Positions 10,043-21,091 of a stretch of DNA of 64,000 nucleotides are shown here, piece by piece. The DNA comes from an uncultured Aliarcobacter sp. (GTDB lineage: Bacteria > Campylobacterota > Campylobacteria > Campylobacterales > Arcobacteraceae). Location of the stretch: positions 96,001-160,000 of the forward strand of contig CAXXLV010000002.1 in assembly GCA_963664305.2 (NCBI GenBank), read 5' to 3'. Numbering within the stretch: position 1 is the stretch's first letter; each line of letters begins with the position of its first letter. The notes under the pieces were generated by a model. It was not told the origin of the DNA. It saw nothing but the letters and a program-made list of their open reading frames with translations, and searched no databases. The position numbers were made by a program, and so were the translations under genes.

Positions 10043-10072
10043 CTTGACATTATATGACTCAAGTGCTATAAT
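10043..10072 (+). promoter_or_regulatory. Sigma70 promoter of clpB overlapped by an HspR-type HAIR operator
   Basis: TTGACA 10044-10049, 17-bp spacer, TGC-TATAAT 10064-10072. CTTGACA-N7-ACTCAAG 10043-10063 matches the HAIR consensus CTTGAGT-N7-ACTCAAG at 12 of 14 positions. Confidence 0.85.
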
Positions 10073-10103
10073 TTTATTAGCAATTAAATAATAGGAGTGC
10101 TAA

Positions 10104-12683
10104 ATGAGTAATAATATTTTTGAAAAAATGACAAATCAAATGCATGAAACAATAGATTCAAGTGTTGCACTTGCTCTACATAATAAAAATCAAGAAGTAG
10201 AAATAGTTCATCTACTTTGGGCTTTATTAACTAACACTAATTCTGTATTAAATCAATTATTAAATAAAATGAATGTTAATAAAGCAGCAATTGAACTTGA
10301 AGCAAAATCAAACGCACAAAAACTTCCAAGTGTTAGTAGCGTTACAAAAGAGAATATAAAATTATCAAGAAATTTACTTACAAGTATACAAAAAGCTGAA
10401 GGATTAATGGCAAGTAATGGTGATAAATTTATAGCTATTGATACTTGGTTAATCTCAAATTTTGATTCTCAAGTAATGAAAGATATTTTAGGAAAATATA
10501 TAGATTTAAGAGAAGCAAAAAAAGAGCTTGAAGCTATGCGTGCTGGAAAAACTATTGAGAGTAATAGTGCAGATGATAATCTTGAAGCTTTAAATAAATA
10601 TGGAATAGATTTAAATAAAAAAGCTATTGATGGTGAACTTGACCCAGTAATTGGAAGAGATGAACAAATTAATAGAATGATGCAAATTTTAATAAGAAAA
10701 ACAAAAAATAATCCAATTTTATTAGGAGAACCTGGAACTGGAAAAACTGCAATTGCAGAAGGTTTAGCTCAAAGAATAGTAAACAAAGATGTACCAACAA
10801 GTTTACTTAATAAAAGAGTTGTAAGTCTTGATATGAGTGCACTAATTGCTGGTGCTAAATATAGAGGAGAGTTTGAAGATAGATTAAAATCTGTTATTGA
10901 TGAGGTTAAAAAAGCTGGAAATATAATTTTATTTATTGATGAAATTCATACAATCATTGGTGCAGGTGCTAGTGAAGGAAGTATGGATGCTGCAAATATC
11001 TTAAAACCAAGTCTTGCAAGAGGTGAATTACATACAATTGGTGCAACAACATTAAAAGAGTATAGAAAATATTTTGAAAAAGATGCAGCAATGCAAAGAA
11101 GATTTCAACCTGTAAAAGTTGATGAACCAACAGTAAATGAAGCTTTACAAATTTTAAGAGGTATAAAAGAGAAACTTGAAACTCATCATAATGTAACTAT
11201 AAATGATAGTGCATTAGTTGCAGCTGCAAAATTATCAAATAGATATATTACTGATAGATTTTTACCAGATAAAGCAATTGATTTAATTGATGAAGCTGCA
11301 GCTGAATTAAAAATGCAAATAGAATCAGAACCAACAGCACTTTCTACAATTAAAAGAGAGATTCAAACATTAAATGTTGAAAAAGAAGCTCTTAAAATGG
11401 AAAAAAATAAAAAGAATGAAGAAAGAGTTGAGCAAATTGAAAAAGAACTTGCAAATAAAAATGAAGAGAAACAAAACCTTGAAGCAAGATTTGAAAATGA
11501 AAAACAAACATTTAATGCAACAAGTGAATTAAAAATAAGAATTGATGAATTAAAAACAAAAGCAAATATTGCAAAACGTGAATCAAAATTTGAAGAAGCA
11601 GCAAAAATAGAGTATGGTGAAATTCCAGCACTTGAAGCAAAAATTAAAGAAAATGCTGAAAAATGGGAACAAATGCAAAAAGAAGGAACACTTCTTAGAA
11701 ATTCAGTTGATGAAGAAGCAATTGCAAGTATAGTTTCAAGATGGACAGGAATTCCAGTTAATAAAATGATGGATAGTGAAAAACAAAAAGTTTTAATGGT
11801 TGAAGATGTTCTTAAAAAAGATGTAATAGGACAAGATGAAGCAATTAAAGCAATTAGTAGAGCTATAAAAAGAAATAAAGCAGGGTTAAGTGAAACTTCG
11901 CGACCAATTGGTTCATTCTTATTTTTAGGACCAACTGGAGTTGGAAAAACAGAAAGTGCAAAAACTTTAGCTAAGTTTTTATTCGATGATGCAAAATCAC
12001 TTATTAGATTTGATATGAGTGAATATATGGAAAAACACGCAGTTTCAAGACTTGTTGGAGCTGCACCTGGTTATGTTGGATATGAAGAGGGTGGTCAATT
12101 AACTGAAGCAGTTAGAAGAAAACCTTATAGTGTTATTTTATTTGATGAGGTTGAAAAAGCACATCCAGACGTATTTAATATACTTTTACAAGTTTTAGAT
12201 GATGGAAGATTAACTGACAATAAAGGTGTTACAGTTGATTTTAAAAATACAATTATTATTTTGACTTCAAATATTGGAAGTGCAAGAATAATTGAAATTA
12301 GTGATAAAGAAGAAAGAAGAAAAGCTGTTTTAGATGAATTAAAAATGCATTTTAGACCAGAGTTTTTAAATAGACTTGATGATATTGTTATTTTTGAACA
12401 ATTAAATCTAAATGCAATTACAAATATTGTTGATATTTTATTTAATAATATTAAGAAAAAAGTTGAAGAAAAAGATATAAATATTTCATTAACACAAAAT
12501 GCAAAAGAGTATATTGCAAAAATTGGATTTGACCCAGTATATGGTGCAAGACCGCTAAAAAGAGCTATCTATGAAATAGTTGAAGATAAATTAGCAGATT
12601 TAATTTTAGAAGATAAAATAGGTGAGGGAAGTAGTATAGAATTTGATGTTCAAAATGATGAAGTAATTGTTAATATTGCCTAA
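10104..12683 (+). CDS. clpB: ATP-dependent chaperone ClpB
   Basis: Two AAA+ modules ([17 protein letters not shown]), coiled-coil middle domain, [20 protein letters not shown]; 859 aa. Confidence 0.97.
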   Translation: MSNNIFEKMTNQMHETIDSSVALALHNKNQEVEIVHLLWALLTNTNSVLNQLLNKMNVNKAAIELEAKSNAQKLPSVSSVTKENIKLSRNLLTSIQKAEGLMASNGDKFIAIDTWLISNFDSQVMKDILGKYIDLREAKKELEAMRAGKTIESNSADDNLEALNKYGIDLNKKAIDGELDPVIGRDEQINRMMQILIRKTKNNPILLGEPGTGKTAIAEGLAQRIVNKDVPTSLLNKRVVSLDMSALIAGAKYRGEFEDRLKSVIDEVKKAGNIILFIDEIHTIIGAGASEGSMDAANILKPSLARGELHTIGATTLKEYRKYFEKDAAMQRRFQPVKVDEPTVNEALQILRGIKEKLETHHNVTINDSALVAAAKLSNRYITDRFLPDKAIDLIDEAAAELKMQIESEPTALSTIKREIQTLNVEKEALKMEKNKKNEERVEQIEKELANKNEEKQNLEARFENEKQTFNATSELKIRIDELKTKANIAKRESKFEEAAKIEYGEIPALEAKIKENAEKWEQMQKEGTLLRNSVDEEAIASIVSRWTGIPVNKMMDSEKQKVLMVEDVLKKDVIGQDEAIKAISRAIKRNKAGLSETSRPIGSFLFLGPTGVGKTESAKTLAKFLFDDAKSLIRFDMSEYMEKHAVSRLVGAAPGYVGYEEGGQLTEAVRRKPYSVILFDEVEKAHPDVFNILLQVLDDGRLTDNKGVTVDFKNTIIILTSNIGSARIIEISDKEERRKAVLDELKMHFRPEFLNRLDDIVIFEQLNLNAITNIVDILFNNIKKKVEEKDINISLTQNAKEYIAKIGFDPVYGARPLKRAIYEIVEDKLADLILEDKIGEGSSIEFDVQNDEVIVNIA

Positions 12684-12748
12684 AGAATATTTAAGTAAAA
12701 TTTAACTATAATCCACAACTTATTTAGTGAATATAGAGGAAATCTAAG

Positions 12749-12883
12749 ATGAAAAGAACGTATCAACCACATAATACTCCTAGAAAAAGAACTCACGGGT
12801 TCAGAGTAAGAATGGCTACTAAAAACGGTAGAAAAGTAATTAATGCAAGAAGAGCTAAAGGTAGAAAAAGATTAGCTGTTTAA
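12749..12883 (+). CDS. rpmH: 50S ribosomal protein L34 (not in ORF track)
   Basis: Manual translation [51 protein letters not shown] upstream. Confidence 0.98.
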   Translation: MKRTYQPHNTPRKRTHGFRVRMATKNGRKVINARRAKGRKRLAV

Positions 12884-13206
12884 GCAAAGACCACAGACTT
12901 AATAGTCCAAAAGACTTCAACAGACTATATAAAAGCGGCAAGAGATGGCATACTGCCAGCTTTGTCGCTTTTTTTAGTTCTAGCCCTACATTAAAAGCTG
13001 CTTTTGTTACTTCAAAAAAAGTTGGAAATGCAGTAAATAGAAATAAAGCAAGACGAAGAATGCGTGCTTTATTTGCTTCATATGAAAAACAATTATTAGT
13101 TGGTAACTATATATTTGTTGCAAAAATAACCTTACATGAAAAAAATTATTTAGAATTAAAAAAAGATTTTGATTTCGCATTAAAAAGATTAGAAGTTTTA
13201 AAATGA
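12871..13206 (+). CDS. rnpA: Ribonuclease P protein component (not in ORF track; probable non-canonical ATT start)
   Basis: Manual translation (I/M)[26 protein letters not shown]...[22 protein letters not shown]...LK* carries the RNR motif. Lies between rpmH and yidD; TGA overlaps the yidD ATG. Start position inferred. Confidence 0.92.
   Translation: MSCLSKDHRLNSPKDFNRLYKSGKRWHTASFVAFFSSSPTLKAAFVTSKKVGNAVNRNKARRRMRALFASYEKQLLVGNYIFVAKITLHEKNYLELKKDFDFALKRLEVLK
12931..12975 (+). terminator. Intrinsic-terminator-like hairpin inside rnpA, downstream of rpmH
   Basis: AAAAGCGGCAA...TGGCA-TAC-TGCCA...TTGTCGC followed by T7 (12969-12975). Confidence 0.6.
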
Positions 13207-13550
13207 AATTTATTTTTAAATATTTGATAAGATTTTATCAAAAATATTTAACGATTTTATCTTTTGGATCATGTAGATATTATCCAACTTGTTCCCAATA
13301 TGCATTATGGCAGTTGGATAATAATACTTTTTTTAAGGCGTTTTATTTTACAATATTGCGCATATTAAAATGTAATCAACTTTTTGATGGTGGATTTGAT
13401 TATCCAATAGTAAAGTTGAGAGCAAATCAAAATATCAATTATAAAAAAATCAAAATAGTATATTGGTATATTCCATTGGAAAATGGAAAGTATTTAGTAG
13501 TAAAAAATCGGGAGTGGAAAAAGAAGAATGAACAACATGAATCAAAATAA
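13203..13550 (+). CDS. yidD: Membrane protein insertion efficiency factor
   Basis: IRFYQKY, CRYYPTCSQYA, RILKCNQLFDGGFDYP; between rnpA and yidC. Confidence 0.93.
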   Translation: MKFIFKYLIRFYQKYLTILSFGSCRYYPTCSQYALWQLDNNTFFKAFYFTILRILKCNQLFDGGFDYPIVKLRANQNINYKKIKIVYWYIPLENGKYLVVKNREWKKKNEQHESK

Positions 13551-15150
13551 TGGTATGCAAAAACGAATGTTAATTATGACATTACTTGTTTTTGTATTTT
13601 TTATAGCGTATGAGTTTTTAGTTTTAAAACCACAGCAAGAAGCAAAAGCTGCAAAAGCAAAACAAGAGCAAGCGCAAAAACAAAATGCTGCACCTGATGT
13701 AAATACAACTGCAACTCAAATGGTTGCAACAGATGTAAATGGAAATCCAGTTGATATGTCTAAATCAGTTCAGGCATTATCATCAAAAGCAATTGCAAGT
13801 AATGAAATTATTTCTGTAGTTAAAACAGCAAAAAGTGTTATTGAAATTGATAATTTAGGAAGAGTTGCACAAGTAACTTTACTTGAAGAGAAATATAAAG
13901 ATGAAAATGGAAATCAAATAAAATTATTTGAATCAAATCAATTAAGACCTTTAGAAGTTAGATTTGCTGATACAAACATCAATACAGAAGCATTTAAAGT
14001 TAGTGTAACTGCTAGTTCATCAAATGTTGATGCATCTACAAGTGCTCAAGAGTTAGTATTAACTCAAAACTTAGGTGATACAGTTTTAACTAAGAAATTT
14101 ACTGTTTATCCAGATGGACATTATGATTTAACAATTAATTCAACAAATGAAAAACAGTTTTTTATTACAAATGGTTTTAGACCAAATGTTTTAGCTGATA
14201 TGTATGCTGTTCATGGTTTTATTGCTAAATTAAATGATAATACATTAAAAACTATTGAAGATGGTGATTTAGATAAAAATGAAACAATTGTTGGTTCAAA
14301 ATTTTTATCTAATTTTGATAGATATTATGCAACTGTAATTTACAATTTTGATAAATCATTAAGTTTAAGTTTAATGCCAGATGCTTCTTCAAATCCACAA
14401 GCTTTCGTTCATGCAGGAAATAATATCTCTTTTTCTGGTTATATTGGACCAAAAAATCATAGAGATTTAGAAGCATTAAATCCTGAATTAATTGATGTTA
14501 TTGATTATGGTTGGTTTACATTTATTGCAAAACCAATGTTTATGTTATTACAATTTATTCAAGGTTATGTAGGTAACTGGGGATGGACAATTGTTATTTT
14601 AACTATTTTAATCAAATTAGTTCTATATCCTTTATCATATAAAGGTATGGTTTCTATGCAAAAATTAAAAGATTTAGCTCCAAAAATGAAAGAAATTCAA
14701 GCTAAATATAAAGATGATAAACAAAAACAATCAATGCATATGATGGAACTTTATAAAAAACATGGTGCAAACCCAATGGGTGGATGTTTACCATTAATTT
14801 TACAAATTCCAGTATTCTTCGCAATTTATAGAGTTTTATTAAATGCAATCGAATTAAAAGGCGCTCCTTGGATGTTATGGGTTCACGATTTAGCAGAAAT
14901 GGATCCATATTTTGTTTTACCTATTTTAATGGGTGCAACAATGTATTTACAACAAAAAATTACACCAAATACAATGCAAGATGAAATGCAAAAGAAAATT
15001 TTCCAATTCTTACCAGTTGTGTTCACATTCTTCTTCTTATGGTTCCCAGCAGGTCTTACATTATATTGGTTTATAAATAATCTATTTACTATTGGTCAAC
15101 AATATTATATAAATAGCGTATTTGAAAGAAAAAGAGCTGAAAAAGCATAG
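13528..15150 (+). CDS. yidC: Membrane protein insertase
   Basis: IDYGWFTFIAKP, GNWGWTI, NPMGGCLPLILQIPVF, PAGLTLYW. Confidence 0.97.
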   Translation: MNNMNQNNGMQKRMLIMTLLVFVFFIAYEFLVLKPQQEAKAAKAKQEQAQKQNAAPDVNTTATQMVATDVNGNPVDMSKSVQALSSKAIASNEIISVVKTAKSVIEIDNLGRVAQVTLLEEKYKDENGNQIKLFESNQLRPLEVRFADTNINTEAFKVSVTASSSNVDASTSAQELVLTQNLGDTVLTKKFTVYPDGHYDLTINSTNEKQFFITNGFRPNVLADMYAVHGFIAKLNDNTLKTIEDGDLDKNETIVGSKFLSNFDRYYATVIYNFDKSLSLSLMPDASSNPQAFVHAGNNISFSGYIGPKNHRDLEALNPELIDVIDYGWFTFIAKPMFMLLQFIQGYVGNWGWTIVILTILIKLVLYPLSYKGMVSMQKLKDLAPKMKEIQAKYKDDKQKQSMHMMELYKKHGANPMGGCLPLILQIPVFFAIYRVLLNAIELKGAPWMLWVHDLAEMDPYFVLPILMGATMYLQQKITPNTMQDEMQKKIFQFLPVVFTFFFLWFPAGLTLYWFINNLFTIGQQYYINSVFERKRAEKA

Positions 15151-15158
15151 GAAAACTC

Positions 15159-16025
15159 ATGAAAAAGTTTGAAGCAAATTGTTTAGAAAAAGTTTATGAA
15201 TTAGCGACAGCAGATTTTAACTGTTCTATTACAGAATTAGAAATTGAAGTTATCCAACAACCAAGTAAAGGTTTTCTTGGTTTTGGAAAAAAGAATGCGA
15301 TTATTCAAGCATGTTTTAAAAATAGTTGTAAAACTTATGTTCAAGAACCAAAAACTTTTAAAAATAAAGATGTAAGAATAGAAGAAATTTCTCAAAGAAT
15401 TGAAAATTCGAATAAAGAAGTTCCTTCTACTCCATCTGATAAAAAAGAACCTTTATCTAAAGTTCCAAAAGTTGAATCAAAAGACAAAATTTTTGACAAT
15501 TTTTATAATGAAGAATCTTCACAAACTGAAATGTCAAAAATTGTAATTAAAAAAGATAAAGAAAAAATTTTAGAAGAAGTAAAAGAAGGAATAAATCTTT
15601 TATTTGATAACACATGTTATAAAATTGAAGATATTAATGTTGAATTTTATGATGATGAGACTTTATACATAGAGTTTTTAGGTGAAGATTCTGCATTATT
15701 AATTGGTAAAGAAGGTTATAGATATAAAGCATTATCTTATATTTTATTTAATTGGATAAATGAAAAATATGGTCTTATGTTAAGATTAGAAGTTGCAGAA
15801 TTTTTGAAAAATCAAGAAGATGCGATTCATGCTTATTTAGAACCGATTATTGAAATAATCAAAGAAAAAGGCACTTTTAAAACTAAACCACTTGATGGTA
15901 TTTTAGTTCACATTGCTTTAAAAAGATTAAGAGAAGAGTTCCCTGACAAATATGTTGCAGTAAAAACAAATGTTAGAGGTGATAAATATGTACTTGTAAA
16001 TGAGTACAGAGCAAGAGAAATTTAA
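15159..16025 (+). CDS. jag: Jag/EloR-family RNA-binding protein (Jag_N, KH, degenerate R3H)
   Basis: IEVIQQPSKGFLGFGKKNAII (Jag_N), LLIGKEG (KH); between yidC and mnmE. Confidence 0.88.
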   Translation: MKKFEANCLEKVYELATADFNCSITELEIEVIQQPSKGFLGFGKKNAIIQACFKNSCKTYVQEPKTFKNKDVRIEEISQRIENSNKEVPSTPSDKKEPLSKVPKVESKDKIFDNFYNEESSQTEMSKIVIKKDKEKILEEVKEGINLLFDNTCYKIEDINVEFYDDETLYIEFLGEDSALLIGKEGYRYKALSYILFNWINEKYGLMLRLEVAEFLKNQEDAIHAYLEPIIEIIKEKGTFKTKPLDGILVHIALKRLREEFPDKYVAVKTNVRGDKYVLVNEYRAREI

Positions 16026-16027
16026 TC

Positions 16028-17368
16028 TTGTTTGATGATGCTACAATTGTTGCAATAGCAACGGCAAATGGAATAGGTTCTATTTCAATTGTAAGGATTT
16101 CAGGAGCAAATGCTCTTGCAATCGCTTCTAAAATCTCAAAAAAAACAACTTTCCAACCAAGACTTGCAACACTTTCATATCTTTATGATACAAATAATGA
16201 AATTATTGATGAAGCTTTAGTTTTATATTTTAAAGCACCATTTTCTTTTACTGGAGAAGATGTTGTAGAGTTTCAATGTCATGGTGGAGTTGCAATTGCA
16301 AATATGATAGTTGATGAAGTTTTAAAACATGGAGCTAGACTTGCAAATCCAGGTGAATTTTCTAAAAGAGCATTTTTTAATAATAAAATTGATTTAACAA
16401 AAGCAGAAGCTATATCAAAAATTATTGAAGCAAGAAGTGCTGATGCAGTTAAATTACTTGCACGACAACTAAAAGGTGAATTAACAAATTTCGTAAATGA
16501 AATAAGAGAAGATTTACTTTTTATGTTAGCTTATACAGAAGTTTCTATTGATTATGCTGAAGAAGATTTACCTACAGATATTTATGAACAAATAGAAAAT
16601 AAAATGCAAAAGATAATTCTAAAATTATCAAATACATTAGAAGCTAGTCGTAGACGTGAAGGAATGATTGAAGGTTTTAAAGTTGCAATTATTGGTAAAC
16701 CAAATGTTGGAAAATCTTCACTTTTAAATAAACTTTTAAACTATGATAGAGCTATTATAAGTGATATTGCAGGAACAACTAGAGATACTATTGAAGAGTC
16801 GGTTAGAATTGGTACACATATTATCAAAATAGTTGATACTGCTGGTATTAGAAATGCAAGTGATGTGATTGAAAAAATAGGAATTGAAAAATCTATTCAA
16901 ACTATAAATGAAGCTGATATTGTAATTGCATTATTTGATAATAGTAAAATTTGTGATGATGAAGATAAAAAAATATTAGAATTGATAAATGAAAATTCAG
17001 ATAAAGAGATAATTAAAGTTTTAAATAAAACTGATTTAGAAAACAAGTTTTCAAAATCAAATCTTGATGATTTTATTGAACTTTCAACAAAAGAGGATAT
17101 TAATCCATTAATAAAAAGAGTTGAAAATATTTTAGACTCAAATACACATAGTGATGAAATGACATTAATTTCAAAACGACAAGTATCATCAGTTGAAAAT
17201 ACATTGTATAATATCAATTTAGCAAAAGAGCCATTATCAAGTGGTGAGTTAGAGTTTTTTGCACACTTTATAACAGAAGCATTAGAAAATATTTCATCAA
17301 TAACAAGACCTTATGAAAATGATGAAATGTTGGATGTTATGTTTGGTGAATTTTGTTTAGGTAAATAG
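16028..17368 (+). CDS. mnmE: tRNA uridine-34 modification GTPase
   Basis: TIVAIAT, SFTGEDVVEFQCHGG, GKPNVGKSS, GTTRD, DTAG, C-terminal FCLGK. Confidence 0.97.
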   Translation: MFDDATIVAIATANGIGSISIVRISGANALAIASKISKKTTFQPRLATLSYLYDTNNEIIDEALVLYFKAPFSFTGEDVVEFQCHGGVAIANMIVDEVLKHGARLANPGEFSKRAFFNNKIDLTKAEAISKIIEARSADAVKLLARQLKGELTNFVNEIREDLLFMLAYTEVSIDYAEEDLPTDIYEQIENKMQKIILKLSNTLEASRRREGMIEGFKVAIIGKPNVGKSSLLNKLLNYDRAIISDIAGTTRDTIEESVRIGTHIIKIVDTAGIRNASDVIEKIGIEKSIQTINEADIVIALFDNSKICDDEDKKILELINENSDKEIIKVLNKTDLENKFSKSNLDDFIELSTKEDINPLIKRVENILDSNTHSDEMTLISKRQVSSVENTLYNINLAKEPLSSGELEFFAHFITEALENISSITRPYENDEMLDVMFGEFCLGK

Positions 17369-17386
17369 TTAATTTAGAGGTCAAAT

Positions 17387-17794
17387 ATGAAACAATTTTT
17401 TGTTTTTATGATGTTTAGTTTTTCATTATTGTTTGCAGACCAATGGGATGGCTTTTTTAAAGAGAGTGGATTCCCAAGAAAAGTAATTGATGATGGAAGT
17501 GTTGTTAAAGGGAAAATTTATCAAGCAAAGGTTACTTACCAGATTTCCAATAATGATGGAATAAAAGGTAATTTTGAAAATAATGATACAGCAAAAGTTA
17601 CAGTTACTAATGAAAAAGGAAAAGTTCTTTCAACTAATAAATTTATGAATGCAACAGAACTTAGAACTTGGGCTAGACAAAATTTTACTGAAATTTTTTC
17701 TTCAATTCTTGGTGATTCAGAGTTAAATAAAGAGAAAATTACTGAATTAACTAAATTAGCTTCTTTAGTTCTTTTAAATAAGAATTTAGACTAA
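17387..17794 (+). CDS. Hypothetical exported protein (135 aa)
   Basis: GAGG SD; signal-peptide-like N-terminus MKQFFVFMMFSFSLLFA|D; no motif recognised. Confidence 0.7.
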   Translation: MKQFFVFMMFSFSLLFADQWDGFFKESGFPRKVIDDGSVVKGKIYQAKVTYQISNNDGIKGNFENNDTAKVTVTNEKGKVLSTNKFMNATELRTWARQNFTEIFSSILGDSELNKEKITELTKLASLVLLNKNLD

Positions 17795-17825
17795 ATAACA
17801 AAATCTAAAAGGATTTTGTTATTTA
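17792..17825. terminator. Bidirectional hairpin between convergent genes
   Basis: TAAATAACAAAATC-TAAAAG-GATTTTGTTATTTA, perfect 14-bp arms containing both stop codons. Confidence 0.75.
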
Positions 17826-18302
17826 AAGAGGTTTTTCATAACTTACTAGTTTTGCATTTTCTTTAGAAATATCAATCCAACTATTACAATCAAAATGTAT
17901 CTCCATAATTCCACCCATTTGGAATTTTTCTTTAAACCCAACTAATGTAACAGCTAAGGCAGTTAATGATGGATTATGACCAACTAATAACATAGAATCA
18001 ACTGTATCAAATGTATAAGAAATAGTTTCAAGTAACTCATTTACAAATGCCATATATAAAACTTCATTTAACATTATAGTTTTATTATAATTTAGTGCTT
18101 TTGCAAATATCTCTGCTGTATTTCTTGTTCTTTTTGCTGGACTTGCTACTATTAAATCAACTTTAGGATTTTTTTTAGCAAAATTTTCTGCGATTGTTTT
18201 TGCTTCAAGGATTCCTTCTTCAGATAATTCTCTATCATAATCATCTTGATTTAAATCTTCATCTTCTTTTTTTGTATGTCTTACAATGTAAAGTTTTTTC
18301 AT
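17823..18302 (-). CDS. sixA: SixA-like histidine phosphatase
   Basis: LYIVRHTK, DYDRELSEEG, SPAKRTRNTA, LLVGHNP. Confidence 0.85.
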   Translation of the reverse strand: MKKLYIVRHTKKEDEDLNQDDYDRELSEEGILEAKTIAENFAKKNPKVDLIVASPAKRTRNTAEIFAKALNYNKTIMLNEVLYMAFVNELLETISYTFDTVDSMLLVGHNPSLTALAVTLVGFKEKFQMGGIMEIHFDCNSWIDISKENAKLVSYEKPL

Positions 18303-18429
18303 ATACCTACTCTAGATTTAAAAATTATATTTGATTTTAAATAATTTAAGCTTTTTTTCTTATAAAAAATTTAATATATAGATATTATAGCTACAAATTT
18401 GTATAATAAAAAAAATTAAGGATACTATT

Positions 18430-19344
18430 TTGGGATATGATTTAAATAAAAAGTTAGTAATAGCCATTTCTTCAAGAGCTTTATTCAATTTAGAAGATGA
18501 AAATAAAATATTTGAAGAAAAAGGTTTAGATGAATATTATAAATATCAAATAGAAAATGAAGATGTATTACCAAAAAAAGGAACAGGTTTTAGATTAGTT
18601 AAAAACCTATTGAGAATTAATGAAGATTTTCCTGATGATAAACAAGTAGAAGTTATTATCATGTCAAGAAATAATTCTGCAACAAGTCTTAGAATTACAA
18701 AATCTATTGAAAAATATAAACTTGATATTGCAAGGTCAGCTTGGAGTGGGGGAAGTGATATTTCTAAATATTTAAAACCATTTAAAGTTGATTTGTTTCT
18801 TTCAGCAAATGAACAAGATGTTCAAGAAGCAATAAATGAAGGAATAGCAGCAGCTAGAATTTTACCTTATGAAAACGATGAAGATGAATTTTCAACTCAA
18901 GTAAAAATCGCTTTTGATGGTGATGCAGTTTTATTTTCAGAGGAGTCAGAAATTATTTATAAAACACAAGGATTAAATGCATTTTTAGAATATGAAAAAC
19001 AAAATGCCTCTAATCCTATGAAAAGTGGACCATTTGCTCAGTTATTGAGTGTTATTTCAAATATTCAAGCAAAATATCATGAAGAACAAACACCAATCAG
19101 AACTGCACTTATAACAGCAAGAAATTCGCCTGCACATGAAAGGGTAATAAGAACTCTTTCACAATGGGGAGTTAGACTTGATGAAGCTTTCTTTTTAGGT
19201 GGAGTTGATAAATATGAAGTTGTAAAAGCTTTTGGAGCAGATATCTTTTTTGATGACCAAGATGTACATTTGGAAAATACATCAAAAATTGCACCAAGTG
19301 CTAAAGTACCATACAAAAAAGAGTCAATTTTAAATAACATTTAG
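18430..19344 (+). CDS. 5'-nucleotidase (cN-I-like family)
   Basis: [54 protein letters not shown] start. Confidence 0.9.
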   Translation: MGYDLNKKLVIAISSRALFNLEDENKIFEEKGLDEYYKYQIENEDVLPKKGTGFRLVKNLLRINEDFPDDKQVEVIIMSRNNSATSLRITKSIEKYKLDIARSAWSGGSDISKYLKPFKVDLFLSANEQDVQEAINEGIAAARILPYENDEDEFSTQVKIAFDGDAVLFSEESEIIYKTQGLNAFLEYEKQNASNPMKSGPFAQLLSVISNIQAKYHEEQTPIRTALITARNSPAHERVIRTLSQWGVRLDEAFFLGGVDKYEVVKAFGADIFFDDQDVHLENTSKIAPSAKVPYKKESILNNI

Positions 19345-19399
19345 TTTAATTTTTATTAACCAAAATCTGTTAGAATCACAAAAATTTAAGGAGGATAAA

Positions 19400-20260
19400 A
19401 TGGAACAAATTAAAACAGTTTTTTTACTTACATTTTTAACCGTATTATTTGTGTTTATAGGTTATTCATTTGGTGGAACAAATGGAATGTTAATAGCATT
19501 TTTAATGGCAGGTGGTATGAACTTTTATGCTTATTATTATTCGGACCAACAAGTGTTAAAACATTATGATGCTACACCTTTAGATGATGTTAGACATCCA
19601 GTTTATAGAATTACACAAAAATTAACACAAAAAGCTGGTCTTCCTATGCCAAAAGTTTATTTAATACCTGACCATACTCCAAATGCATTTGCAACGGGAA
19701 GAAACCATGAACATGCAGCTGTAGCAGTTACTATGGGATTATATGAGATGTTAAATGAAGAAGAATTAGAAGGTGTAATTGCACATGAATTATCACATAT
19801 AAAACATTACGATATTTTAATTGGAACAATAGCAGCTGTATTTGCAGGAGCAATTGCGATGATTGCAAATATGATGCAATTTGGAGCAATGTTTAGTAAT
19901 AGTAATGATAGACAAAATTCAAATCCAATTATGATGATTGTAATGGCTATTTTACTTCCAATAGCTGCTTCAATTATACAAATGACAGTTAGTAGAAGTA
20001 GAGAGTTTATGGCTGATGAAGGAGCTGCACGAATGACTGGAAATCCAGGAGGACTTCAAAGTGCTTTAGCAAAACTTGAAAATTATGCAAGAAGTGGACA
20101 TCAAATACATAATGCAACTGAACAAACTGCTCATATGTTTATAATAAATCCATTTTCAGGATTAAAATCAAATATTGGAAATTTATTTAGAACTCACCCT
20201 ACAACTGAAGATAGAATAGCAAGGCTTGAAGAATTAAAATTTGAGTTAAAAAGAAGATAA
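19400..20260 (+). CDS. htpX: Membrane zinc metalloprotease HtpX (M48)
   Basis: [28 protein letters not shown]. Confidence 0.96.
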   Translation: MEQIKTVFLLTFLTVLFVFIGYSFGGTNGMLIAFLMAGGMNFYAYYYSDQQVLKHYDATPLDDVRHPVYRITQKLTQKAGLPMPKVYLIPDHTPNAFATGRNHEHAAVAVTMGLYEMLNEEELEGVIAHELSHIKHYDILIGTIAAVFAGAIAMIANMMQFGAMFSNSNDRQNSNPIMMIVMAILLPIAASIIQMTVSRSREFMADEGAARMTGNPGGLQSALAKLENYARSGHQIHNATEQTAHMFIINPFSGLKSNIGNLFRTHPTTEDRIARLEELKFELKRR

Positions 20261-20264
20261 ATAA

Positions 20265-20295
20265 AAAAGCAACCCTTGACCAAAGAGTTGCTTTT
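20265..20295. terminator. Hairpin terminator between htpX and the convergent M15 peptidase gene
   Basis: AAAAGCAAC-N13-GTTGCTTTT with A/T tails on both sides. Confidence 0.65.
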
Positions 20296-20332
20296 ATTCT
20301 CGAATTATAATCAAAAAAAATTAAATCATTCT

Positions 20333-21091
20333 TTAATTAAGAAGTTCTGGACGATATTCAAAATGCATGGTGTCATAGTGATACCATCTACCTCCCCAAA
20401 TAAATCCATATTTCTCAAAGATTTCAACAATTTCAAGAGGTATTTTATTTTTATATGAAAGATTGTTTTTATCTTTATCCCAAAGCCAATAATGTGAATC
20501 TTTTACATTCAAATCAATTGCAATTCCAAAACTATGAACACTTAATCTATTTGTTTCACTAATTTTTCTCCAATTAAAAGCTCCACTTGGATTTTTGGCA
20601 AAAGATTTTATATTATTTGGAAGTTGCTCAATTTCATTTGATATAGATTCTAGTTTTTTATCTATATCATTTATTTTACTAACCCATAATGTTTTTTTTG
20701 AACTTTTTGGTAACCATATAATTTTTACTAGATTTTGTTTTACTTCTTTTTGATTTGAGCCATACATTTTTTTAAAAAATGGTTCATATCTAATTCTTCC
20801 TGCATCTTCATTTTTTGAAGCTATATAATTTTTATTTTCAGATAATTTTATATATGGAATATCTAGTTGATTTTTTAATGATGGATTGTTTAGTTTTTCT
20901 TTAAAATTTTTATTTTCAATTTTATCATCAAATAACATTTGTTCATTATCATTCCAGATTAAGTGATTATTTGAACTTTCTTTTATAAAATTAGGATAAG
21001 CTTGAACAAATTTATTAGCGTTATTTGCTAATAAATTTGAAGAAAGAATAATTAGAAAAGAGAATTTATTTATTATAGACTTTTTTAACAT
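20333..21091 (-). CDS. Exported M15-family zinc peptidase (D-Ala-D-Ala carboxypeptidase / L-Ala-D-Glu endopeptidase-like)
   Basis: [10 protein letters not shown] zinc motif, [15 protein letters not shown]. Start reassigned to ATG 21091 ([22 protein letters not shown], signal-peptide-like). Confidence 0.85.
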   Translation of the reverse strand: MLKKSIINKFSFLIILSSNLLANNANKFVQAYPNFIKESSNNHLIWNDNEQMLFDDKIENKNFKEKLNNPSLKNQLDIPYIKLSENKNYIASKNEDAGRIRYEPFFKKMYGSNQKEVKQNLVKIIWLPKSSKKTLWVSKINDIDKKLESISNEIEQLPNNIKSFAKNPSGAFNWRKISETNRLSVHSFGIAIDLNVKDSHYWLWDKDKNNLSYKNKIPLEIVEIFEKYGFIWGGRWYHYDTMHFEYRPELLN

